DNA of 64,000 nucleotides, from contig CAVXVG010000020.1 in NCBI GenBank assembly GCA_963765145.1, forward strand, positions 32,001-96,000, read 5' to 3'. Position 1 is the stretch's first letter. The number at the start of each line of letters is the position of its first letter. The notes beneath the pieces are model-generated. The model ran no database searches. It was not told the DNA's origin and saw only the letters and a program-made list of their open reading frames with translations. The position numbers and the translations under genes are program-made. The DNA comes from Parachlamydiales bacterium (GTDB lineage Bacteria > Chlamydiota > Chlamydiia > Chlamydiales > JAJFMK01). This document shows positions 9,322-19,106 of the stretch, piece after piece.

Positions 9322-10161
9322 ATGAAAAAGCAGGGAAGAACAATAGCCAAACCGGTCTCTTATTCCGGCATTGGAATCCATACGGGGGAAGTTGTCCAAA
9401 TGCAACTTCTGCCGGCCCCTGCAAAATCGGGCATCCGGTTCAGAAGGGTCGATCTACCAGGTCAGCCAGAAATGGCAGCCTCTTACCGCCATGTAGTCGA
9501 CACCTCTCGCAGCACGATTTTAGGAAATGCCGATTTCAAAATTCATACAGTCGAGCATGTGTTGGCTGCAGTAAAAGCATTTGGAATCGATAATCTCATC
9601 ATCGAGCTTTCAAACATCGAGCCTCCTGTTGGCGATGGAAGTTCGCTCCCTTTTGTCGAATTGATAAAAGAGTCAGGTGTGCAGGATCAGGATGAAGAAA
9701 TCCCTTTTCGAACACTGCAGAAGCCGGTGTTTATCCATCAAGGGGATGTTTCGTTGGTAGCCGTGCCTCACCCAACTTTCAAAATCAGCTATACATTAAG
9801 CTATCCGGGCGTACCGCCACTTGAAGCCCAATTTGTCTCTTGTGACGTTAATCAAGACAGCTTTGTCAAAGAGATCGCCCCTTGCAGAACGTTTGCCCTC
9901 TACAGAGAAATCTCCTACCTTATTGATAAGGGATTGATCAGGGGGGGGAGCCTTTCAAACGCCAACATCATTTTAGGCGAGGCGATTCTGACCAATGGAG
10001 GGCTTCGTTTTCCCAATGAAATGGCTCGTCATAAAGTGCTTGATCTCATCGGAGATTTGGCCCTTGTTGGCTTTCCTTTTAATGCACATATCATCTCGAT
10101 CCGTTCAGGACATGCAACCCATGTCGACCTGGCCAGGCTTTTAGGAGAACATTGTTTATGA
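9322..10161 (+). CDS. lpxC: UDP-3-O-acyl-GlcNAc deacetylase
   Basis: GIGIHTG, TVEHVLAA, DGSS, RHKVLDLIGDL. Confidence 0.97.
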   Translation: MKKQGRTIAKPVSYSGIGIHTGEVVQMQLLPAPAKSGIRFRRVDLPGQPEMAASYRHVVDTSRSTILGNADFKIHTVEHVLAAVKAFGIDNLIIELSNIEPPVGDGSSLPFVELIKESGVQDQDEEIPFRTLQKPVFIHQGDVSLVAVPHPTFKISYTLSYPGVPPLEAQFVSCDVNQDSFVKEIAPCRTFALYREISYLIDKGLIRGGSLSNANIILGEAILTNGGLRFPNEMARHKVLDLIGDLALVGFPFNAHIISIRSGHATHVDLARLLGEHCL

Positions 10162-10625
10162 CAGAGAAAAAACCTCTCATCGATATCCACGGGATTCGAA
10201 AAATTCTTCCCCACCGTTACCCGTTTCTTTTGGTGGATAAAGTTATAGAGGCCAATCCTGAAAAAGGGGGATATGTCATTGCTGTGAAGAATGTCACTTG
10301 CAATGAGCCCTATTTTCAAGGGCACTTTCCTCAAGCTCCTATCATGCCGGGCGTTTTAATTTTAGAAGCTCTAGCGCAAACAGGTGGAATTCTTGTAAGG
10401 TTACAAGGAAAGGATCATGGAAAGATCGCCTTATTTCTTGGCGTTCGAGAGGCTAAATTCCGCTCTCCAGTGATTCCAGGAGATGTTTTGACACTGAAAT
10501 GTGAAGAGATCCATATCACAACAAAAGCTGGCAAAGTCAAGGCGACAGCTTCTGTTGAGGGGCGGATTGTTGTTGAAGCCGAACTTAGTTTTGCCCTTGC
10601 AGACCCAAAAGACATTGGAGCTTAA
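10158..10625 (+). CDS. fabZ: 3-hydroxyacyl-ACP dehydratase
   Basis: [27 protein letters not shown]. Confidence 0.97.
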   Translation: MTEKKPLIDIHGIRKILPHRYPFLLVDKVIEANPEKGGYVIAVKNVTCNEPYFQGHFPQAPIMPGVLILEALAQTGGILVRLQGKDHGKIALFLGVREAKFRSPVIPGDVLTLKCEEIHITTKAGKVKATASVEGRIVVEAELSFALADPKDIGA

Positions 10626-10629
10626 AAAG

Positions 10630-11492
10630 ATGTTAAGAGAAACCTTCATCCACCCAACCGCTATCGTTGAAAAAGGGGCCAAAATAGGCCAAGGGGTGCA
10701 CGTTGAGCCCTACGCGATCATCAAAGAAAATGTAACTTTAGAAGATAACGTAACGATCAAATCGTTTGTCTATATCGACGGTTTTACAACGATTGGTGAA
10801 GGAAGCACAATTTGGCCTTCTGCTAGCATTGGAACCAAAACGCAAGATTTAAAATTTCGTGGCGAAAAAACCTACGTAAAGATTGGTAAGCGGTGCGAAA
10901 TACGGGAATTTGTGACCATCAACTCCTCTTGTTCTGCAGAAACCTCGGTTGAAGTGGGAGATGATTGTTTGATCATGGCCTATTGCCATATCGCCCATAA
11001 CTGCAAAGTGGGCAATCGGGTGATCATGAGCAACAATGCCACATTAGCAGGGCATGTCGAAGTAGAAGACTACGCGATCATCGGTGGCTACACCCCGATC
11101 CATCAATTTGTTCGGATTGGATGCCATGCAATGGTTGGCGGGATGACCCGTGTGGACAAGATATTCCTCCTTATACGATTGGTGGAGATATCCCTTTCCG
11201 CTTAGCTGGCCTCAATTTAGTTGGTTTAAAAAGACACAAATTTTCTTTAGCTGTCAGAAAAGCCTTGGCGCACTCCTTTAGGCTTGTTTTTAGATCGGAC
11301 TTATCGGTTGAAGAAGCGCTTGTTAAAATCGAGGCCGAGTTTCCCGACTACGCCGAAGTACAGCACTTTGTCCATTTTTGCCGACAATCCAAAAGAGGGA
11401 TCATTGGTCTTTCCAAACAGCCGGAAAATAAAGATGAGCGGCTGGATCTAGAAGAGGAAGAAGAGGAAGAAGCCTTATCTTTAAAACAGTAA
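10630..11492 (+). CDS. lpxA: UDP-GlcNAc acyltransferase, frameshifted at ~11155 (one G missing)
   Basis: IHPTAIV hexapeptide repeats, HIAHNC, IHQF; adding one G in cgtgtggacaa joins it to [10 protein letters not shown]...GLNLVGLKR (287 aa). Confidence 0.9.
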
Positions 11493-12427
11493 AAGTTGTT
11501 TTTTTTGGAACGCCCGAGATTGCAAAAGAGTCGTTAGATTTTCTTTTCAAACAGGGCGTTAATATTGTAGGGGTGGTGACAAAGCCTGATAAACCGAAAG
11601 GGCGCTCTTCAAAACCTCTCCCTCCGCCAGTAAAGGACTGGGTTTTAACAGAAAATCCATCTATCCCTTTTTTTCAGCCAGAAAAAACTTCGACTCCTGA
11701 AATGCTAGAGCAATTAAAAGCTCTTAAACCCGATTTATTTGTGGTCGTTGCTTATGGGGAGATTTTAAAACAATCCCTTTTGGATCTGGCGCCACTTGGA
11801 GCTATTAATCTCCATGCTAGTTTATTGCCCCGCTGGAGAGGCGCTGCCCCCATCCAAAGGGCTATAGAGGCGGGCGATGGTGAAACAGGTGTGTCGATCA
11901 TTAAACTCGTGCAGAAAATGGATGCGGGCCCGATTTTGTTAAAAAAAACGTATCCTTTAACTGAGAACATCCGCTCTGCCGAGCTTTTTGAGTCTCTTTC
12001 CGATATTGGCAAGCAAGCCCTCTTACAAGTCATCCACCAGTTTGAAAATGGCACTATCCAAGAAGAGATTCAGGATGAAGCAAAAGTTACCCATGCGGCT
12101 AAACTAACCCCCGAAGGGTGTCAACTCGATTGGAAGCAAGAGGGGATAAAGCTTCACCATCTTGTTTGTGCGGCCTATCCAAACCCCATTGCGTGGACAG
12201 AGGTCGTTATCCGTGGGGATAAGAAAAAGCTAAACATTCAAGAAAGTCGCTACCGCGACGATATCACTCTACCACCAGCCGAGCTATTCCTCTCCAAGAA
12301 AGAGATCATCGTCGGCACTGCAAAAGGTGCCCTGCAGCTCTTACATGTTCAGCAAGAAGGGAAAAAGGCTATGAGCGCCCCCGATTGGGCCCGTGGCATC
12401 AATAGCCCTATCGAATTTGTGTTGTAG
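11477..12427 (+). CDS. fmt: Methionyl-tRNA formyltransferase; start codon uncertain (no canonical start before the conserved N-terminus)
   Basis: In-frame [10 protein letters not shown] at 11492-11521; VVAYG, NLHASLLPRWRGAAP, MDAG. Confidence 0.9.
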   Translation: MFKTVKVVFFGTPEIAKESLDFLFKQGVNIVGVVTKPDKPKGRSSKPLPPPVKDWVLTENPSIPFFQPEKTSTPEMLEQLKALKPDLFVVVAYGEILKQSLLDLAPLGAINLHASLLPRWRGAAPIQRAIEAGDGETGVSIIKLVQKMDAGPILLKKTYPLTENIRSAELFESLSDIGKQALLQVIHQFENGTIQEEIQDEAKVTHAAKLTPEGCQLDWKQEGIKLHHLVCAAYPNPIAWTEVVIRGDKKKLNIQESRYRDDITLPPAELFLSKKEIIVGTAKGALQLLHVQQEGKKAMSAPDWARGINSPIEFVL

Positions 12428-12452
12428 AAGGCTAGCAAGTGTTGTGATCTAG

Positions 12453-12479
12453 ACTAGGATCGCCTACGGCGATCCTAGT
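12453..12479 (+). terminator. Hairpin after fmt
   Basis: actaggatcgcc-tac-ggcgatcctagt perfect stem followed by a T-rich tract. Confidence 0.6.
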
Positions 12480-12542
12480 TCTTTACTCTTCCCAAATAAA
12501 ATATTTAAATATTTTTAATAAAAAACTATTAAAATATTTATC

Positions 12543-13895
12543 ATGGCGAATATGTCAAGGGTTATTTCAGATCATTATCAACAGAACGGAGAGCCGACGT
12601 TAATTAGGACATTAATTTCTGATGAAAAAAGTTTAGAAATAAAACTTCCTTTTTCTGAGCAGGTATCTTCTGATTCAGATAATTATCTCGAAAATTGCCA
12701 AGTAAACCTACTAGAAAGTCGAGATGCTCCAGAAGCTCTTTCGCAATTAATGAAAGATTTGTTCGAAAAAGAAAACGGCAACTCCTGTATTTTTAATGAA
12801 TTCTCCATTTTAAAGAAAAAAGAAGGGAAATACCGTATTGGCGATCTGAGGACTCCAAGAGACGTGGTAGGAAAAGGTGCTTTTGGTCGTGTCTACTCGA
12901 TTCCAGGATATACCCTCGACACCCAAGAAATGACAATTAAAGACAAGCCGCATGTGGTTAAAATAGCGACAGGCTTTGGGTTTGGCAGCAACTTTATTCA
13001 GCAAGAAAAAGTGGGCAGCGAACTTGCAACAACCCTTAGAAAAGAATATAAAGAAAGATACAATAAGAAACTCTCTGGTCTTATTGAGCCAGGAAGGGTG
13101 CACCGTTTGAAGAATGGTCAGGCCTGCATGGTCATGAAGAAGTACAATAAGGGAGATGCAAGACAATTTGCCTCTTCATCTGGCCATTCGCTTGCAGAAC
13201 TGTCTAAAAAGTTTCTGTGGCCTTTAGAGACGCTCATGTTTTTTGGCGAAATGGGCGTGCAGCACTTCGATATCAAGCCGCCCAATCTCTTTGTTCATGA
13301 AAATAAGATGGCAATAGGGGATACAGCCGGAGCTTTTATCCTTCCGGAAGTAGCTAAGGGTGAGACGTACGGTTCCTTCCTCAGAAAAATCCACCCAGAC
13401 CACCCTCTTAAGATGCCGGCATGTTCACCTGCCTTCACTCCGTCAAAGGAATACAAGGAATATGAGAAAAAAATCGAAAAACTGAAAAAGCATCTAGAAA
13501 CTGCAGATCCTGAAGCACGGATGCCCAGTAAATGGGTCCAACATTGCAATACTTTAAGAGAATCAGGGGTAAAAGTCGGGATATTGCAAATGGGGCTTTC
13601 CCTCTTTTTTGCTTATGCAGAATCAGAAGGGTTGAAGGGAAGCGATTACTTCTCTTATGAATTCGTTACAATTGAGGGAAGAGAGGTATCCTTCTTGCAA
13701 GGGGCCGAACAAGAAGAGATCTACTCACTATTCCAGCGGTCAGCCTTCATTAAGCATTTTGGAGACGAAAAGGCCCAAAAACTGGCTAATTTGATCCTTC
13801 GAATGGTTGCTCCTCCAAAGGTTCGTGCTACTGGAAAAGAGGCTTACGAAACCTACAAAAACATTGTGGGTCAGCAGAAAACTGAATCCCAGTAA
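12543..13895 (+). CDS. Eukaryotic-like Ser/Thr protein kinase, effector candidate
   Basis: GKGAFGRVY, VVK, HFDIKPPN, IGD; no signal peptide or TM. Confidence 0.8.
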   Translation: MANMSRVISDHYQQNGEPTLIRTLISDEKSLEIKLPFSEQVSSDSDNYLENCQVNLLESRDAPEALSQLMKDLFEKENGNSCIFNEFSILKKKEGKYRIGDLRTPRDVVGKGAFGRVYSIPGYTLDTQEMTIKDKPHVVKIATGFGFGSNFIQQEKVGSELATTLRKEYKERYNKKLSGLIEPGRVHRLKNGQACMVMKKYNKGDARQFASSSGHSLAELSKKFLWPLETLMFFGEMGVQHFDIKPPNLFVHENKMAIGDTAGAFILPEVAKGETYGSFLRKIHPDHPLKMPACSPAFTPSKEYKEYEKKIEKLKKHLETADPEARMPSKWVQHCNTLRESGVKVGILQMGLSLFFAYAESEGLKGSDYFSYEFVTIEGREVSFLQGAEQEEIYSLFQRSAFIKHFGDEKAQKLANLILRMVAPPKVRATGKEAYETYKNIVGQQKTESQ

Positions 13896-14770
13896 TACTT
13901 TTGGCTAGACAATTTCTTTTTCATTGCTTTTGACAAATGGGGGCCCAAATACTTGCCTAAATGATACCCAAGCCACTTCATCCCAAGATGGGCAATCCCA
14001 TAAGGAATGAGGTACATTGGGAGATGAGAAAGAAATTGCTTGGTAAAGTGCTTCCCATACTGGCTATCTGTGCCGACCTCTTCTAGGAAAGGGGCAAGCG
14101 TTTTTCTTGCCAATCCTGTATCAAAATAGCGCCTAAATTCTTGCAGAAGGGTGTAAGTGTGGGAATGGAATACCTCGGCTTCGGCAACATAGGCTACCTT
14201 CCCTCCCCGTTTGAGGATTTTAGCGCAGGCAAGAGCATCCTCTCCCAATAAACATTCTGAAAATCCGCCGATTTGATCGAGTGCCCGATTCGAATAGGCG
14301 CTGCAAGAGTCGGAAAAAAAGAAAAGAAAACTGCCCCACTCCTTTTTATCTTCCCACGATCTGGTGTGGCTTGATCCCGGGTAATTCAATTGGCGCGGCA
14401 TCGACTCGAAATAGGAGGCTCCTTCTTTGGGCAACTGCCTGGCGTAGGCCAAATCGGCCTCCTGTTTGACGATCGGTTCGACCAATTTTTGAACAAACCC
14501 CGCTTTACCGTATGCATCTGGTGTCATGAACACCACAATGTCTGTCCCTAAATGGAGCCTAGCCTTCTCTCTAGTTAGCCCATGGTTGAACTCCTCGTAA
14601 GGAATTTCGAGCACTTCGGCTCCCATTTTTTTAGCAAGCGTTACGGTCTCATCAGTCGACTGGGGGTCGACGATCAAAACCTTAAAACCTTCAAGAGGTG
14701 GCAAACAGAGGGGAAGGTGGTGGGCCGAGTTGTAGGTGAGGATGGCAATGCCAATAGAGCTATTTTTCAC
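13871..14770 (-). CDS. Glycosyltransferase family 2 (rhamnosyltransferase-like)
   Basis: ILTYN, FNHGLTR, VFMTPDA, YARQLP, GED, VFHSH. Confidence 0.9.
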   Translation of the reverse strand: MKNSSIGIAILTYNSAHHLPLCLPPLEGFKVLIVDPQSTDETVTLAKKMGAEVLEIPYEEFNHGLTREKARLHLGTDIVVFMTPDAYGKAGFVQKLVEPIVKQEADLAYARQLPKEGASYFESMPRQLNYPGSSHTRSWEDKKEWGSFLFFFSDSCSAYSNRALDQIGGFSECLLGEDALACAKILKRGGKVAYVAEAEVFHSHTYTLLQEFRRYFDTGLARKTLAPFLEEVGTDSQYGKHFTKQFLSHLPMYLIPYGIAHLGMKWLGYHLGKYLGPHLSKAMKKKLSSQKYYWDSVFC

Positions 14771-14792
14771 GAGATGTTAAACTCCCGCCCCT

Positions 14793-16223
14793 ATGTTATC
14801 AGTAAACATTTCTCCTTTAAAGCTCTTAAACTCCACGTTAGCTACGACATTTGGAACAACAAAGGGTCGGGAGGCGTTCGACCTCATTCTAATCAACGGC
14901 TTTAACTTGCAGTCTATTTTTCTTAAAACGTTACAAGCAACAAGCGATCTTTGTAGCTTGGGAAACTTATTGGAGTCTTCCCCTTACTTTTGGGAAGCTC
15001 GGAAGGAAAATAAAATCAAAATAGCAGAAGAAGAGGGTCAGCTTTACTTATGGAGAGGGGATGATCGGGAGGGAGTAACCCCATTTTGTTATGACATCTA
15101 TTTTCGCCCCTTGAAAGCGCTAACAAAAATTGCTGAAGTCGTGGGTGCAACCAGCCATATCCTAAAAATAGCCATGCAGTTTTTTGGCTTAAAGGCTGAA
15201 GTTGGAAATGGCCATCTGCTGATGGCGATGGAGCATGGATTAAAAACATTACTCAGTTTGCACTACCTTTACCACCTAAACGATGATAAATCGCGCTCCT
15301 TTACAAAGGGGATGCTGAACCTCCTATCTGAAAGTCTTTTAACGCTAAGCAGCCTTTCTGAAAACCGCTGTTTAGGGCTGATGGCGGGTGTTTTTCAGGT
15401 CGCCGCACAGGGATATGTTGAAGCCAGAAAAAAGGAGAAAGAATCTGCCCGGAAACCTTTGATTGAAAAGCTTCCGACCACACTTGCTGACCCAATGCCT
15501 GAAGACGAGTGGCCGATCGTCCAGAAGTTTTTGTTTCGTCTGTTTCAAACCCCCTATTTTGTTTTATCTTTGGCAGATATTGAGCAATTTGCACGTACAT
15601 TGTTTTGCGTCAATGGGTTTGCCGACTCGTTTTCCTATCTTTTTGGGGTGAAAAAACACCCTATTTTTTCCCATTGTTCTCTAGCGGGATACGGGATGTA
15701 TGGCCTTGTTGCTCATAAATATGTGACCTACTGGACAGACGACAAAATCCCCCATTCGTGGTCAGGGTTTTTATTTTTAGGGACTAGCCTTTGCGATAGC
15801 CTCTTCTTTTTGAATGACAATGGGCTCGTTGAAATGACCAAGCAAATAGGGAAGCTATTGATAGTTAAAGGCGTCCTAATGGCGCTGGCCTGCTCAATGA
15901 TTATTTACGATTTACTCAAAGAGGACTCACCGTTAGAAGAAGAAGCGGTTCTTTTAGAGGGGGTTAATGGTTCGATCAAGGCAGTTCTAACGCTTAATAG
16001 TGCTACTACTCACTATGGGAAAGCCCTTCCAAAGCTGATGACTATATTTTTTGGCAGTGTATTTGGCTTAAATCAGGTAGCTCGTGGCCTCTACTGGCAG
16101 AGGTTCAACGACAAAAGAAAAATTGAGGGTGAGAAAAAGCTAGCCATCAGTTGGGAAAATAGGGTACAAGGACCAGCTTTCTCATCAGATAGAAAAGCCT
16201 TAGCGGAAAAATTCTATTTATAG
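14793..16223 (+). CDS. Hydrophobic hypothetical protein; apparent fusion of homologs of the next two genes
   Basis: N-half shares motifs with 16290-17573 and C-half with 17667-18761. Confidence 0.75.
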   Translation: MLSVNISPLKLLNSTLATTFGTTKGREAFDLILINGFNLQSIFLKTLQATSDLCSLGNLLESSPYFWEARKENKIKIAEEEGQLYLWRGDDREGVTPFCYDIYFRPLKALTKIAEVVGATSHILKIAMQFFGLKAEVGNGHLLMAMEHGLKTLLSLHYLYHLNDDKSRSFTKGMLNLLSESLLTLSSLSENRCLGLMAGVFQVAAQGYVEARKKEKESARKPLIEKLPTTLADPMPEDEWPIVQKFLFRLFQTPYFVLSLADIEQFARTLFCVNGFADSFSYLFGVKKHPIFSHCSLAGYGMYGLVAHKYVTYWTDDKIPHSWSGFLFLGTSLCDSLFFLNDNGLVEMTKQIGKLLIVKGVLMALACSMIIYDLLKEDSPLEEEAVLLEGVNGSIKAVLTLNSATTHYGKALPKLMTIFFGSVFGLNQVARGLYWQRFNDKRKIEGEKKLAISWENRVQGPAFSSDRKALAEKFYL

Positions 16224-16289
16224 ATCTCCTAAAAAAAGCCCTATCTGTTATGATGGTAAAAATCTTAATTTGAACGGATTAAAGAAAAT

Positions 16290-17573
16290 ATGACCTTTCC
16301 ATTAGTAAGTACATTGGGTAGTGCCGGAATACGTTTCGCGTGCACTGTGCCGGCAGTAGTCACAACAGCTTTTTCGACTACAGGAGGGCGCGAGTCAGTT
16401 TACAAGCTTGTTGTGCCCCTTATGCAGCTTTTTGGTCCAAAGAATGCGAAAAGCGATTATTTCATCGCATCGGCAATAGCTGCAGGCGGAATCATAGACA
16501 TTCACTGGTTGGCACAGATTTTTTCTTTATTCACTACAAGAGTTGGGGGTTTTTTCAGAGAAAACGTCTATAACGTTGAGGCTGGTGCGTATGAAGAAAA
16601 AATTTACGAAATCGCAAAAGAATATTATGAAGAGATCTCTTCAAGAGAGGGTGCCGCTCTTTTGGTGAGTAAGGTTCAAGGTTATACGATTCAGGAAGAT
16701 AACGCGTCTGAAAGATTTATAGTCCTTAAAGACGCTCAAGGAGGACAACCGGTCACACCGATCTCTTTGAATAATTGGGCCGATGTCTTGGTGAATGAAG
16801 TCCCAGGTTATGCTTTTAAAGTTGCGCAAAACGGCGCAGTACAGCTTTTTAAAGTTACACTCGATCAGAAAGTCGAGGTGGCAAAAGATAGTGTGGAAGC
16901 AGCAGATGGCACCTTGCTTTCAGTGGGATGGCTCGCACATGAAAGGGCTAAACAATGCAAGATCACAAAAGGTGAAGATGGTGCAGATTTGCAGCGTCCT
17001 CAAATTGGAATATACTATGATGTCAATCATGTCGGAAAAAAAGAAATGCCAAAAAGAGCAGGCATTACACCTTTTGCTTACTATTGGACCTATAACAAAG
17101 TCAAAGCATTTGTCTTAATAAATTTCGCATGGTCCTCTTTCCAATCGGTGGCCTCAACTTATGTGCCCTTATTGAAACCAGACATTTCATTGTTCAGTTC
17201 ATTCACGAAGATTGTTTGTCGCATGGGTGGTGAACAGATCTGTACCCCTCAGCAATGGGATTCGGGTTTTAGGCTGTTTTGGAAAAAAGCCGATACAATA
17301 GCACTTTCTACTGCCTATGCCCTTCAAGCCTTTGATGCCGGTAGAAGATTGTGGAATATCAACGATGATTTAGGGCGCTCAAGAATTAAAGAAGCCACAA
17401 AACTAGGGGCAAATCTTACACTCACTGGCTTATATGCATGGATGACTCTTACAGGAGAGAACTCTCCGTACGCCAGAATGACTGCAGGTGCATTGCAGCT
17501 CTTTTTAATCACAACAAAAGAGTTGAGAAAAGCATCAATTGCCGAAGAACGAAAGTCTTCACGGCCTCGATGA
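16290..17573 (+). CDS. Hypothetical membrane-associated protein (module A)
   Basis: 427-aa ORF; FSTTGGRE and GITPFAY motifs shared with the upstream gene. Confidence 0.75.
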   Translation: MTFPLVSTLGSAGIRFACTVPAVVTTAFSTTGGRESVYKLVVPLMQLFGPKNAKSDYFIASAIAAGGIIDIHWLAQIFSLFTTRVGGFFRENVYNVEAGAYEEKIYEIAKEYYEEISSREGAALLVSKVQGYTIQEDNASERFIVLKDAQGGQPVTPISLNNWADVLVNEVPGYAFKVAQNGAVQLFKVTLDQKVEVAKDSVEAADGTLLSVGWLAHERAKQCKITKGEDGADLQRPQIGIYYDVNHVGKKEMPKRAGITPFAYYWTYNKVKAFVLINFAWSSFQSVASTYVPLLKPDISLFSSFTKIVCRMGGEQICTPQQWDSGFRLFWKKADTIALSTAYALQAFDAGRRLWNINDDLGRSRIKEATKLGANLTLTGLYAWMTLTGENSPYARMTAGALQLFLITTKELRKASIAEERKSSRPR

Positions 17574-17666
17574 CATTAAAAAGCCTGGAAAAGGCAAAAG
17601 TTCAAGGACTTACACAAGAATGTTAGGGACCGGAACAGCACAACCAGCAACTGAGGAATCATAATA

Positions 17667-18761
17667 ATGGCCGCAACACATACAAATCCATTTTATTCAT
17701 CTTTTTTTCGACCCTGGACACTATGGGAGAACCCAATCACTCGGGCACCCAAAGATTTTGCAAATTGTCTTCCTCTTGATAGCGTAACAAAAGCTGTACG
17801 GGTCGTTGCCGATATCCCATTTGTCAAACCCCTTTGGGACAATGCTCCCGCCAGGATTTCAGCCTCAGTTGTCAGATTGGGTTATAGCAACCTTTTTACC
17901 CGTTTTGCATATGGCATGGCTGAGCGGATTTTTAATAGCACAGCTGTTTTAAGATCATTATCTGACATCGATTCATTGACGAAGACAGTGACATTGGCGG
18001 TTAGCATTTCAGGCCTTTGGTTAGGGACAAAGCATCCTTTTATTGCGTCTTTAGAATTGGGTAATAAGGCTTTAGGCGGCTTTATCTTTGCAAAGCATGT
18101 CATTCCTTTGACTAACAAAAGCTATATGGAGGCATTTGATAAGCAGGGTAATTTAGTGCCTGGAAAGATTTGCAAAACAGCTGCCTTGATTGGCTTCCAG
18201 TTTGCCCATTTTTGCCAAACACACGAATTCATGAAAAAGACCGGTCTATTCGATATCTTAAGTGAAGTTCCAGTTGTTGGTCACATTGGAAAAGCCTGCC
18301 TTAAGATGGAACTTGGGTCTCTTAAAAATCCGGCAGTTGTCATTGGAGCGATCTTTGCGACTTTAGCTGTAGGAGAATGGGCATTAGTCAAAATCAACGA
18401 TTCGTGGTCAAAACCTGAAGGTACTTTGTGGAAAGCCATTACAAGTTTCACCTGCAAGCCAGACGAAGAAGTTGACCAAGTTGCGAACGGTGTTAACAAC
18501 GCAACGAAGGCTTATATTGTCGCTATACTGGCTAAATGGGCAAAAGCGGTTCAGCCTTATGCTAGAATCTCGGGCGATTTGCTGGGGGCTACTAACCTCT
18601 TTAAAGGGGCGGGTTATGAAGAGAAAAAAGATGCCGACTCCTTGCCTCAACGAGTTCGACTTGCGACAATATACAACAACCCATCAATAGCTGCTGGTAG
18701 AGCTGAAATAGTAAAGCTCAGAAAAGAAGACTTGAAAACGCACAAGTGTGTTCGAGCTTGA
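17667..18761 (+). CDS. Hypothetical membrane-associated protein (module B)
   Basis: 364-aa ORF with GAGGA RBS; SLSDIDSLTKT and GTKHPFI motifs shared with the C-half of 14793-16223. Confidence 0.75.
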   Translation: MAATHTNPFYSSFFRPWTLWENPITRAPKDFANCLPLDSVTKAVRVVADIPFVKPLWDNAPARISASVVRLGYSNLFTRFAYGMAERIFNSTAVLRSLSDIDSLTKTVTLAVSISGLWLGTKHPFIASLELGNKALGGFIFAKHVIPLTNKSYMEAFDKQGNLVPGKICKTAALIGFQFAHFCQTHEFMKKTGLFDILSEVPVVGHIGKACLKMELGSLKNPAVVIGAIFATLAVGEWALVKINDSWSKPEGTLWKAITSFTCKPDEEVDQVANGVNNATKAYIVAILAKWAKAVQPYARISGDLLGATNLFKGAGYEEKKDADSLPQRVRLATIYNNPSIAAGRAEIVKLRKEDLKTHKCVRA

Positions 18762-18791
18762 TCGAAAATTTTCGACAGATCGAGAACCTAA

Positions 18792-18825
18792 AAGGACTGG
18801 GGGAGACCCCAGTCCTTATTTTTTT
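18792..18825 (+). terminator. Rho-independent terminator
   Basis: aaggactgggg-gaga-ccccagtcctt followed by a T-run. Confidence 0.85.
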
Positions 18826-19106
18826 ACCCTCTCTTTTTCCAGCCTCTTTTTTGTTGCAGAGAAATCACCGATTCAGATAACCTATTGTCATTCATGAGCT
18901 AGGATTGCTCTCAGTAAGAGAGTAATTGCAAACAGAAGCGAGAGTTCTAAACCTTTCAATTCACCCTCTTAATCGACTCCTTATCGGGTGTCTTAATGGT
19001 GGAGAATGGGAAACCAGAGGAAGAACAATCAATAAGTGTCTGTTTGAAGCGTGGTGAGAAATATTTAGTAGATCCCTCTAGAGCTAAAACTGGAAGGCTT
19101 TTGTGT

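Noticed and set aside
17573..17667. ORF2 and ORF3 as one gene split by a sequencing error
   Set aside because: Stops occur in all frames across the gap and ORF3 has its own RBS; a single indel does not join them.
18996..19106. N-terminal extensions of rplC, secY (27517), lpxA (10501) and primase (38666) in the ORF track
   Set aside because: Artefacts of longest-ORF calling; conserved sequence begins at downstream ATGs.
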